Part shown: piece after piece, positions 1 through 11,265 of the stretch | How the letters are laid out: the number at the start of each line of letters is the position of its first letter | Numbering within the stretch: the stretch's first letter is position 1 | Origin: Octopus vulgaris | Taxonomy: Eukaryota | DNA: 64,000 bases | NCBI GenBank assembly: GCA_951406725.2 | Contig: OX597818.1 | Span: forward strand, 105,524,001 to 105,588,000 | Direction of reading: 5' to 3' | Program-made: the position numbers and the translations under genes | Notes under the pieces: generated by a model | Database searches by the model: none | What the model saw: the letters and a program-made list of their open reading frames with translations, nothing else | Told to the model about the DNA's origin: nothing

Positions 1-1784
1 AAATGTATTTCAAGTAGAAAGATAATAATCTACTATGATTTCCACAATTAGATGGTGACACTCACCAAGTTTGTATAGAAAGGGGCAAGTGATTAATGGC
101 AGGGGCATCAACATTTTATCATAGAAATACCTGAGCTCAATGAGGTTATCTGTCTAGTCCATTGGAAGATTTCAGCTCAGTTGTGAATGACACCTTGGGA
201 AAATATCTTCTGAACCTAACCAATGCCTTCTGAGTAGAACTGTTATACAGAAAGTGGGTGGAAGCCCTTCTCACATGCATGTGAATCATCATCGTTTTAA
301 TGTCCACTTTTCCATGCTTGCATGGGTCAGATGATATTTGCTTAGATAGATTTTCAAAGGCAAGATGCTTTTCCTGTCACCAACCCTCACATGTTTCCAA
401 GCAATGTAATATTTCCCTTAGTCCTTTGAACAAGAAAAAACGCAATGACCAAACATTTTTTCACAGAAGATTGCAAACAAACAGCAGCAGTTGCATGATT
501 TTGTTTACAACTAGTACAATGTCAAAACATTGAAGAAATGGGCTTCTTTTGGTTTCCATCTGCCAAATTCACCAACAAGACTGACTGGCCTGGGTCTATG
601 GAAGACACTCGAATCAGGTGCCATGGAGGGGGAATGAACCTAAACCCTCATAGCCATGCCAAGGTGCATATGTGTCAGTGTTTACATTCTTGTCTTCACA
701 TAAAAACATTCAGCAAATTGATGACAGGCTTACATTTCATGTTACCAATGTTTTATAGCTCAGAAATTTTGAAGAGTAGGGCAATAAAAAGAAAATCCTT
801 TACTTCAAGGCAGGGGAAGGGTGAATTACAAGAAGAACATCTAGTTATAAAACAATATTTCAGCAATAAGCTTGTCTAACCCATATTAGCAGAGGAAAAT
901 GAATGTAAATAACTGAACAAATTCACTGCAAGATAATGCAATAATAAATAAACTTGTTGATCATTATAGTGAACTGAAGCATGTCCTAGTAGTTATTTTA
1001 CATGTAAGATTCTGGGATACTTTGTGAGTTAGGTTTTATGCCAGGAAGATGACCACAGAGGAAACAAGAAACATAAAATCTTTAATTTAGCTAATTCAGT
1101 CAAAATGCCTGCTTTAAATACAGGAACCACTTAAGATTATCTAAAGTAAAAAGCTAACAAGAACTTGACCAAACAATGTTCAATAACTGAAAGTTGAATA
1201 CTGTATGTTTATCATTTTAATGTCCACTTCTCTATACTTTTGTGGGTCACATAAAACCCATTGAATCCTTTTACTGTAGATGTTAATCCATTCAGTTTCA
1301 TTATCCATAACTATGGAAAGTAGTTTTATATAACAACCTATCTTTTGCTGAGGAATATAGTGTTTGAAACTATTTTTTGTTGGAATATTTGAAGTTTATT
1401 GAGGCAACATAAGTAGAAAATACAAATTCTAATTTCTGGAAGATATTTAACATCATTACTGAAATAACCATGAAATTTAATTTCACAGTTAAAGGATTAA
1501 AGGTTCTGAGATTGTAAATTTTACTTGTAAGAGAGAAGGACTTGTGTTCTGGTCAATTTCAAAAAATTTTTGCCGTCAACAAATCTATAACCATTTTGAG
1601 GAAGCTGAGATATCTATGATTATCATTGAAATACATAATCTTTACTTATCTAGAAAAAATGCAGCTTTGTCCAATACAATATAGATTTAGCATCTAAGGT
1701 TAGTAGGTTGTTAAACACTAAAAATTAAAATGTAGAAAAACCAACTAGAACTGTTAAAGGAAAATTACAATAAATCATACATAC

Positions 1785-1925
1785 CTTTCACACCTTTACG
1801 ATAGACACAGTGGGTATAATTCAAACCACAGACAATGTCTCGTTGAACATAAAAATGAATTTCCATACAATATTTGCACCCTTCTTTTATAACAATTGGA
1901 TTTTTACTGAGTTTACTCAGATCAC
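1785..1925 (-). CDS. RhoGDI: RhoGDI third coding exon (141 nt); gene continues left of the window
   Basis: ttttttcag|GT GAT...GTG AAA G|gtatgt; translates (G)DLSKLSKNPIVIKEGCKYCMEIHFYVQRDIVCGLNYTHCVYRKGVK, matching the RhoGDI Ig-like domain (KEG..Y.....F.V.R.IV.G..Y....YRKGVK). I did not find the final exon (GSYGP...WEW) in 1-1784. Confidence 0.95.
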
Positions 1926-1969
1926 CTGAAAAAATATAGAAAACAACATAAAACTAAATTACAGAAACC

Positions 1970-2004
1970 TATGCAATCACCAACTAATAGTTGGTGATTG
2001 CATA
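1970..2004. repeat. Perfect palindrome, 17-bp arms, 1-nt spacer
   Basis: tatgcaatcaccaacta-a-tagttggtgattgcata. Confidence 0.95.
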
Positions 2005-2324
2005 TGCTTTTCACAACTAATTGTGTCAATTAGATACTTTTAGTGTCAATTAGATATGTAGACATATGGAAAAAATTGAGCTTTGTCAAACAAAGTAATA
2101 GTAATGCAAAATTTGCAGCAATGGATAACCTACTCATCAAATTAACATGTAAATTGGCTGAGTAATTCCACAGACATGTACTCTTAAGTGAGATTGAATT
2201 TTGGGTTGAATCATGACTGCAATGTGAACTTCATCACACACAGTGAACTGGCAGAGCTGTTAAGAGTGAATGCCTGGCTCTTTGCAAACTGTTCAAATAC
2301 TGGCAAGGTTACCAAAGTATTCCA

Positions 2325-3290
2325 TGTATATATTGGAATACTTTGAGAGAATTTGGCTTTAGGATCAACACCACAAAAACCAACTGGCTGCAATATGTTG
2401 ATGACACCTTCATACTCTGGCCCCACCAGGAAGATGTCCAAGTGCTGTTAGATCATGTGAACTCAATAAAGCCATCCATACAGTTCACAATGGAATAAAA
2501 AAAAAAAAAACAATCAGCTAGCATTTCCGAACGTATTAATAACATGCACCAAGTATGGATTCAGGACATCCGTATACCACAAGCCGACCTTCACTGGACG
2601 ATACCTCATCTTCAACTCCCACCATCCATACAGTGTAAAAAGAGGGATTGCTCAGTGCCTAAAACATCAAGCAATGAATATAAGTAGCGATTGTGATACA
2701 CTCCATGAAGAAATGATCAAGCTCACTAACAATCTGTTAAGCAACAACTACCCAACAAAAATACCATCCTCTCCAATTATGAAGAAAAGAGAGGAAGAAA
2801 CTGATAAACTGTCCACAGTCTGTCTACCCTATGTGAAACGCCTCTCCGAAAAGATACAAAAGATATGCAGCCAATATGACATCAGGACAGTAATCAAAAG
2901 TAATACAACACTTCGCAAATATCTCTGAGTAAAACCACCAATAAAAGAGAATATGACTAAGAACTGCATGTACTCCATCCCATGCAGCTGTGGTAGGTTA
3001 AAGTAAAGCAAAACATGACGCCCCCTAAAAATAAGGATAGAGGAACATTGCAAAGCTGTGACAGCGAGATATTGATAAATCGGGTATAGCTGATCATGTA
3101 TGAAAAAATGTAGACCACTTCCCCCTGTGGGATGAAGCTAAAATAATAGACAGAGAACACCACTGGAAAATACGAAAACTAAAAGGAGCAGCACATATGC
3201 TAGGACACAACAACCTCCTAAGTAGACCAAATGCAGATATGAACAGCATATGGGAACTGGCATTAAGGAAGGATAGGAGAATATTACAGT
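2325..3290 (+). mobile_element. Decayed Penelope-like retroelement (RT C-terminal part + GIY-YIG endonuclease)
   Basis: Across stops and frameshifts: WLQYVDDTFILWPH (from 2385), VNSIKPSIQFTME, SVYHKPTFTGRYLIFNSHHP, VCLPYVKRLSEKIQKI, CMYSIPCSCG, RPLKIRIEEH, SGIADHV, WKIRKLKGAAHM; typical Penelope/Poseidon RT-thumb and GIY-YIG motifs. Confidence 0.9.
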
Positions 3291-3552
3291 TCTATATTTA
3301 AGAGATGAGGAATTATGTACATTATTTACATTTGATGGATATTTGTCATCTTGTTTGTTGTTAACATGTTTCAGCTGATATACCCTCCAGCCTTCTTCAG
3401 GTGTCTTGGGGAAATTTCAAACCTGGGTTCTCATTCCTAAGGTATTTTTTGATGTTGTTCTTATCATTATTCAGGTCACTGCCTAGAATCGAACTTGGAA
3501 TCTTGGGGTTAGTAGCCCGCTACACCACTTAACCACTACGCCATATGCCCAT

Positions 3553-3625
3553 GGCCATATGGCGTAGTGGTTAAGATAACAGGCTACTAACCCCAAGATT
3601 CCGTGTTCGATTCCAGGCAGTGACC
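3553..3625 (+). pseudogene. tRNA-derived Pol III promoter-like head (mirror copy on minus strand at about 3474-3550)
   Basis: A-box-like TGGCGTAGTGG and B-box-like GTTCGATTCC at tRNA spacing; no intact cloverleaf, so not a functional tRNA. Confidence 0.7.
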
Positions 3626-3690
3626 TGAATAATAATAACAACATCAAAAAATACCTTAGGAATGAGAACCCAGGTTTGAAATTTCCCCAA

Positions 3691-3736
3691 GACACCTGAA
3701 GAAGGCTGGAGGGTATATCAGCCAAAATGTTGTGTT
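3691..3736 (+). ncRNA. Degenerate minimal type-I hammerhead ribozyme motif (mirror copy on minus strand 3361-3405)
   Basis: gacac-CTGAAGA-a-ggctg-gagggtatat-cagcc-aAAA-tg-tt-gtgtt. Stem I gacac/gtgtt, stem II ggctg/cagcc. The mirror copy keeps GAAAC (cagctGAAAC); differences are consistent with CpG decay from cagccGAAACGTTgtgtt. Confidence 0.7.
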
Positions 3737-4849
3737 AACAACAAACAAGATGAGGACAAATATCCGTCAATTGTAAATAATGAACTTAGGAACTGTTGAA
3801 ACTTTGGATGAGATGCCTTTTGGTATATATTTCCACTCTTTGCATTCTGAGTTCTAGGGTGATAGATTCGATCTATCTATCACTTGGTTTACCGACCCTT
3901 CTCCACTCCTGGTACTATGTCTTCAGCAGTTAACCACTAGAAGTATTTGGGTGAGGTTTTCAGTTTAAGAATTAGTTCCTCCTACTTGTATTAGAGGATA
4001 TTAAAAACAAAAGCTCATGAACACTGTCTGTGCTTTCTTGACAAAACACTGTAGGACTAAGAACCATGGTTAAAAGAGAGGGAGTAAAATAAGTGAATTT
4101 TACAGCTGCTTGACAATGGTCTAAACATTTTCCTTCAAATACTGTTTAATGGTGATACATTGCCTATGTATGTGTGCAAAAGCAATAAACGCCATTAACC
4201 CATTTAAAAGAAAATGAAAAATGTGTTATGTACCTACAGAAATTTTAAATAGATCTAAGCTAACAGTCAGTGTTTTTAACTCAATGTAAAACAGCAGTTG
4301 GTGTATCCTGTGTAGTGTAATACTAAATCCCAAAGGAGATAAATTAAAAAGAAAAAAAGGAAAATTTATACAGTGTGTTACTAAAGAATGAGACAAACTG
4401 ATGATAAGTGAAAGATCTGTATTTCAGACTACAAATTCAACAAACTGTTTGGTTGGCTGACAAAAAATCGTTCCGAAATATGCTCAAATTTGTGACTTCC
4501 CAAGCTACCAAATATGAGACAATGTGGATTTCAAAATTCCTCAGTATATGGGCTCTATTTAAATTACTATTACAATAACAAAAATATGGTATTACTTATG
4601 GGAAAAAGTGCAATAATTTTTAGTTTTCCCTTCAATTAAAAAAAATTTGCTTGAAAAAAAAAAAAAAATTACTTCTAAGAGAGTCTGACATCATCCCATT
4701 CTTTAGTGCCTGATGTTTACACTCCAACCTAAATGTGGCATGCAAAGATGTGGAGGAGAAATAAATGGAAAAGAAAAAAATTAGAAAATTCACATAAAAT
4801 TTATATATATATGTATAAAGACAACTGTCAAATTATCCTGAAACTTTAC

Positions 4850-4933
4850 CTGTGAGTGGAATAACTACATCTGGTCTTGAGTCTACTTTTACAATCAGTT
4901 TTTGCAGAATTACTTTGCTTGGATTATTTTCAT
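4850..4933 (-). CDS. RhoGDI: RhoGDI second coding exon (84 nt)
   Basis: ttttcag|AT GAA AAT...CTC ACA G|gtaaag; translates (D)ENNPSKVILQKLIVKVDSRPDVVIPLT(G), in frame with both neighbouring exons; corresponds to the RhoGDI 'P.V.V..L.L....P...LDLTG' segment. Confidence 0.93.
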
Positions 4934-4975
4934 CTGAAAATAAATAAATAAATACAATAAAAAAATGTTTTGATG

Positions 4976-5041
4976 AAGGGTTGGCAGCAAGAAGACAACA
5001 TGAAAGGGTTGGCAGCAAGAAGACAACATGAAAGGGTTGGC
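4976..5041. repeat. 28-bp tandem duplication (2 copies plus partial)
   Basis: Unit aagggttggcagcaagaagacaacatga. Confidence 0.95.
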
Positions 5042-5185
5042 TATTGGCTGTTAAAATCTTGTGTCACTTACCTCCCAAATAAACTACATTAACAGAGAAA
5101 AACCCCAGACATTATCAAATTTTTTATGAAAAACTCCAAAATTGATCCACGACCCTATCTCGCTGTCTAAAAGTGAAAATGAACA

Positions 5186-6381
5186 GCTGTTTTATCTGTT
5201 TCCACATGCGCACATTAATAGTGAAACAGCAAAAGTACAACGGCATGTGAAGCTCTCACCACGAAACTCGATATTCTAAAAATAACAGCTAAATGTTTGC
5301 ACTTGTGTGTGTGCAGGCAGCAATTTCTACAGTTTATCTGAATGAACAAAGAAAGAAACACACAAAATATATTTTATATATCTGTCGTGTATGTCAGTTT
5401 TGTTTATTCGCTTTAAAAGTAAATGGTTCTGATAGAAGCAATTATTTTGTAGTTAATTCATTGGATTAATCCTCCCCAAAATACTACAAGTTTAGTCACT
5501 GGCTCAGCACCTATGTTTGTGTTGGTCAGTCCAAAATAATAAGTATTTTAACATACTTCCAAAATGGGATTTCAGCCATGTGTATCCACATGTGTTTGTT
5601 GGGGGTGTTGGGGCACAAGAAAAACATTTATAGAAATGTACTTATAAAATTTCTATTTACATAAGTTGTCTTTATATGCCACGTTTGCAATTCTCCATAT
5701 AAATGATAGCAAAGTGTGTATCAAATGAAATTAAAATTCTGGTTCAATGACAGATCGATCAAGTTACTAAAGTCTTAACATTGTTGGTAACAACATATTC
5801 TCTCTTTCAACTGAAATTTGAAAAAAAAGAGTTAAAATGCAAGGGAAATTAATTTTGGCGGTAACAACTAAAACCCTTGATTCATTATCACAATTAAAAA
5901 GAAATTCAGAGGTGTAACATTGTGCAAGTTCATTTCCGTAAATGTTTTTATCGCGCCCCCACATATATGCACACGGATACACATGGATGAAGTTCCATAT
6001 TGGAAATATGTTAAAGCTTTTATTATTTTGGAGTGAAGAACACAAACATAGGTAATGAGCCAGTGACTAAACTTGTAGTATTTTGTTGGGATTAATCCAA
6101 TGAATTGACAGCAAAATAATTGCTTTTATCAGAATCATTTACCTTTAAAGCGAAAAAACAAAACTGACGTATACAACAGGTATGTCAAATATATTTTGTG
6201 TACTTTCTCTTTTCATTCAGATATGCTGTAGAAATTGTTGCATGCACACACACACATACAAATTCTCAAGACATTTAGCTGTTATTTTTAGCATATCCAG
6301 TTTTGTGGTGAGAGCTTCACATGCTGTGGTCCTTTTGCTGTTTCACTATAAATGTATGCATGTGGAAACAGACAAAACAGG
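5186..6381. mobile_element. Long inverted repeat / fold-back element (arms about 5186-5640 and 5930-6381)
   Basis: Colinear reverse-complement blocks, e.g. aaaatactacaagtttagtcactggctca vs tgagccagtgactaaacttgtagtatttt, and gcatgtgaagctctcaccac vs gtggtgagagcttcacatgc; arms moderately diverged; no ORF. Confidence 0.85.
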
Positions 6382-8689
6382 CTACACTACTAAGAAATTC
6401 AAAGTAACTTTTAAAGATCTTGAAAATCCAAACTAATGCTTGGGAAACCTGAAGAAACATGGTAGTCATAAACAACTGAAGAAGAGATTCCCTTGTTGGT
6501 TGACATGCACACGCACACAGACACACAGGTGATTAAAAATTCCTTTTATTATTTAAATGCTAACATTTTTATTTTGTTCTAATTTAGTTTATATATATTT
6601 AATACTATTTTTGCTACTATGTTGCAAATGTGTTTTGAGATTACACACACACATCAATTATATATTTTAGAAAAATGTCATAATTGAAAGATGAGAAAAT
6701 ATTGATTGCCTAAAAATGCCAGCCCCCACCCACACACAGTGTAACATTTTGTGTATGAGTGTGTATTAGACTGCAGCTTTGAAGAGTTTAGTCAAATCAA
6801 CCCCAGTACTTTGTTATTTTAAGTCTGGTACTTTTTGCCAAACTGCAAAGCTACAGGGATGTACACAACCCAACACTGGTTGTCAAGCAGTGGTGAGGGA
6901 CAAACACACACACACGTGTGTGTATGAGCATTTATATATTCTTGAGCAAGATGCTTCATTCTAAGATTTAATAATTACGTGCTCAGGTGTAGATGGTGGT
7001 GGATTTCTGGGAACTAATGATGAGAGTTCAGTGGGTTGATCAACTGAATTACCTGCTCCTGAACTAACAGGTGATAAATTCTTAGGCAGAATCAGCATGA
7101 CATGGCTGTACCTTTTCATTAATGAGTACAATCTTCCTGACAGACTTTTATACAGCTTTCATGTACCCAGTTCCATTTACAAAGATGTGGGTTGATTCAA
7201 AGCTATAAAAAACGGCATTTGTTCAAGATGCCAGTCAGAAGGCTCAAATCCAAGATCTCATACTTGTTAATATCTTTTTAACTATTTGGCTAAAAAATAG
7301 ATATACATATGCTAAAGGAGATTTTAATTATCCTGTAGTATCAACCTGGGGCTAAACATCATCTTCATCATTGTTTAAATGTATAACTTTACATGCTTGC
7401 ATGGGTCAGAGTTTATTGAAATGAATTTTCTACAGCCACATGTTCTTCCTATTACCAACCCTCACCTGTTTCTGAACAAAGTAATATTTCCCCATGTCCA
7501 GACATATTTTCACAGAATATTGGAAATGAATGGCACTGCTTGTCGGACAGTGATACTTATTTACAACTTTTCACAACATCAAGATAAAGAGAGACATATT
7601 ACATATGCACTAACTGGCACTGTGCTGTCAAAAATGACGGTTAATTGTGGTATTATATATATATATATGGATGGTAAATTAAATTCATACACTTGTCAAT
7701 GTTCACATACATTCACAGACTTCTCTTGTACACATACACACATATATTCACACAGAGTTGAAACATTGTTTGATTTTTCTCTTCGGCATTAATGTTCACC
7801 ATCCCACCAGTTTGCCTTAACCCCGTACTTCCTTATTCATCTATCACCCCTTTCTTTCTCATTCATATGTTGTGATGGAGAAAAACACGAGTAGTATTAT
7901 AGTAAATGAGCTACTTTCAGTTTCAATTTCCCAAATCCACTCACAAGGCTTTTGGTTGACCCAAAGCTATGATAGAAGGCACTTGTCCAGTGGGACTGAA
8001 CCCAAAACCATGTGGTTGGGAAGCAAACCTTTCAATCACAGTGTCACTCCACCTATAGTCAAAAAAAGAACCAACAAAGATAAAAAGTAACAAACAACTG
8101 TATCAGATATTGGTTTCAAATTTTGGCACAAGGCTAGCAGTTTCAGAGGAAAAGGTAAATCAATTACATTGACCCCAGTGCTCAACAGGTACTCACTATA
8201 TCAACCCTGAAAGACAAAGCCAACCTCTGCAGAATTTCAACACAGAATGTAAAAGACGCTAATGATCCTGGTAGCTTGCTGCCTTACGTCGTCTGTATCT
8301 AATATCAATTACAAAATACTATAGAGTAATTATTAATAGCATCAACAATAGCTATACCATAACCTTTACAACCTCAACATACCTACACTTAAAAGCAATC
8401 AAATGCCTTCAAACATTTGTGCATAAGATCAGCCTCACAAAAATAAAAAGCGTGTATCTTTTATCTTTCAATTTTTTCCGTCATTAGACTGCAGTCATGC
8501 TAAGGTACTGCCTTGAAGAATCTTTTTAGTTGAATGACTCAACCCCAGTACATTTTTTCTTTAAAAGCCTGATACTTACTCTATAAGTTACTTTAGACAA
8601 ACTGCAATGTTACAGGGATGTAAACACACCAACACCAGTTGTCAGATGGTGGTGAGGGACAAACACAAAGACATTATATACATATAAAA

Positions 8690-9330
8690 TATAAATTAGA
8701 GATAAAACCACTATTATGCAATTCAAACAATGATAGACATAAATCAAAACATAAATAACAAATGAAATATATTTTTATAAAACATAACTAGATTACAAAA
8801 AGTATAAAAATGAATAATCAATATATAAGTAAAAAAAACTACGTACGTTTCATGTCTATAATTAAATTTGAATTACAATTAAATTTAATCGAAATTAATT
8901 CAATTTAAAATTATAGTCAATCTTCAGGTTAACAATAATAGTTAAATAAATAAGCAAATAGAGTTAAATGATATTTATTAAAAAATAAATAAAATAATGA
9001 TTTTTCTTATAGAAGAAACTCCATGAACTAAATTTGAAACTTAAAACATTAGGATCAGTTTCCTACAATACATTTATTATGTTAAATGTTTAAGGTAAAA
9101 AAATAGAGTAAATAGATAGAAAAATGTATTTATCTGTGAAGATATAATTTAGCTTAAAAAAACATTAATAAACTATAGAATATCTTTAACCTAGTTATAT
9201 ACTCTAATATTTAATTACCAAACTATTTAACAAAACAATTACAATTAATATTTTTAGATTTTAGTTCTAATATAATAATTATAAAATAATATAATGTCAA
9301 TGTTATTTTCAGTTTTACATAATTTAGACG
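8690..9330 (-). mobile_element. Very AT-rich non-coding insertion carrying the hammerhead (PLE terminal repeat / retrozyme-like), interrupting a SINE
   Basis: Starts after a (TA)-rich tract and separates two parts of a family-A SINE (about 8470-8675 and 9345-9510). Boundaries approximate. Confidence 0.5.
8837..8930 (-). ncRNA. Minimal type-I hammerhead motif with extended AT-rich stem II
   Basis: Minus strand: aac-CTGAAGA-t-tgactataatt...aattatagaca-t-GAAA-C-GTAC-G-TA-gtt. Intact core, palindromic loop III (GTAC), GUA cleavage triplet, short stem I aac/gtt. Confidence 0.7.
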
Positions 9331-9441
9331 ACAGTCACTGCACCCTACACACATACAATGGGCTTCTTTCAGTTTCCATCTACCAAATCTACTCACAAGG
9401 CTTTGGTTAGCCCGAGGATGTAGTAGAATCATATGCCAAAA

Positions 9442-10316
9442 GTGCCATGCAGTGGGAGGAAACCAAGAACCATGTGGTTGGGAAGCAAACTTCTTACCAC
9501 ACAGCCATGCCTATACTTTTTACTTCCTTGTTACTTGGGATCTACCTTCAAGGCTGCTAGTTTTGATCCTATTTTCAGAAACTGAATTGCTTCAATATAC
9601 AGCAGTATCTGTTTTATGGTTAGATAAACTGCCACCTATGGGAACCTTTTTGAATCATGCATTCAATGTTGACAGGCTTGGGATAAAACAACAGCTAAAG
9701 TTTAAAAGTATCAGTAAATCCTTACATTGTACCATAATCAACAGGGCAGCTTAAAGATTTCTAGTTTGGTTCAGAAAAATTGCATAATTCTGTGTTGTAT
9801 CAATGGTCAGCAGACTGTGCTATTTAACTTTTAAATAGTACAGTCTGTTAGGTACAAACACATCTCTCAGGAACAACTCTCTACTGTAATACTGGGTGCG
9901 ACAGAAATACCTCCAACATTTGAAAGGTTGACAAAAAGGAAGAAACATTTATGAAAAATTAATTTTACTGTTGTTTAAACAAAGGGTTACAGTTTTTGTT
10001 CATTAGCTAAATGAAAACATCATTGGCACTTGCATAAGTTCATTAGCAACACGTAGGTGACAGTTTAATATGTGGAAGGTATTTCTGCCGCATCCTGTAT
10101 TAACGAGCATCTAAGGTGTTGAATTGGCAGAATCATTACCATAAAACAGATACTGCTGTATATTGAAGCAATTCAGTTTCTGAAAATAGGATCAAAACTA
10201 GCAGCCTTGAAGGTAGATCCCAAGTAACAAGGAAGTAAAAAGTATAGGCATGGCTGTGTGGTAAGAAGCTTGCTTCCCAACCACATGGTTCTGGGTTTCG
10301 TCCCTCTGCATGGCAC
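9442..10316. repeat. Local inverted duplication (9442-9620 vs 10138-10316)
   Basis: About 130 bp (9490-9620) are exactly reverse-complementary to the right arm, including non-SINE flank; explains the near-identical peptides in ORFs 9452+ and 10136-. Confidence 0.93.
9892..10097. mobile_element. Tc1/mariner-superfamily MITE
   Basis: TA|ctgggtgcgacagaaatacctcc ... ggaaggtatttctgccgcatcctg|TA: ~23-bp imperfect TIRs with TA duplication. Confidence 0.8.
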
Positions 10317-11265
10317 ATGCTGGGCAAAATGATTTGTGGTATTTCATTTGTCTTTATGTTCTCAGTTCAAAATTCACTGAGACTGACTTTGCCTTTCATC
10401 CTTTTAGAGGTTGATAAAATGAGTACCAGTTGAATATTGGAGTCAATGTAATTAACTTACCCCACCCCCAAACTTGCTGGCCTTGTGCCAAAATCTGAAG
10501 CCAATGTTAATGAGCATTATTATTGAGTGTAGGCGAACACGCACAGAGAAGATGACATCTGATGTAAGGTATTCCAGCAGAGTTGTAACTATGTGACTTG
10601 TATGCTGGACTAGTTAAACCGTCCAGCACATGCCAGCATAGAAAACAGACATTAAATGATGATGATTTACTAGCTATTTTGAGTGGCTACAAGTAGCCTC
10701 TCTCATTGGCTTAAATTAGTATTTATTAGCTTGAAGTGCAACTCCTATGAAGATAGCTTAGAGAAGAAAGGGCTGACATACCAAAAATACAAATTTTTTC
10801 ATCAATGATACTTTCATGATCAAATGGGTTATGAAGACTCACCAATATTTATGTAGATAATGCACGTACATAGATATTATATACTGATGTTTCTGTCTTT
10901 TGAAAAGGATACAAGCAATAAAACTTGATAATGAATAGATAGTCTGTATCAACAAATTGAATCACAAGATATTGATTAATCTGTAACTACAATAAAAGGC
11001 ACACTTAAGTGCTATTCAGTGGGACTGAACCTGAAACCATGTGGGTGTGAAGCAAAATTCTTAACCACATATCATGTCCGCACCAATGTAAAAGTTACAA
11101 AACTAAATTTAGTTGAACACAACAGATCCGTCAACTTGATGCTCTATCTCAGGGCAGTAATGAAATTGCTTCTACCCTTCATTAATTTCATTTATAAAAC
11201 ACAACCATTTACAAAGTGAATTGTATTACACAGAAAAAGCTAAATAATTAAGCCAGATTACTTAC

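Larger units (their letters stand above)
3320..3782. repeat. ~460-bp near-perfect palindrome: two head-to-head copies of a tRNA-headed, hammerhead-bearing PLE terminal unit
   Basis: 3320-3550 is the reverse complement of 3553-3782 (cattatttaca.../...tgtaaataatg; centre ccatatgcccatggccatatgg) with a few substitutions and small indels. Confidence 0.92.

Noticed and set aside
3553-3625. Functional tRNA gene
   Set aside because: A and B boxes are present but acceptor and anticodon stems do not pair, and it is embedded in a repeat.
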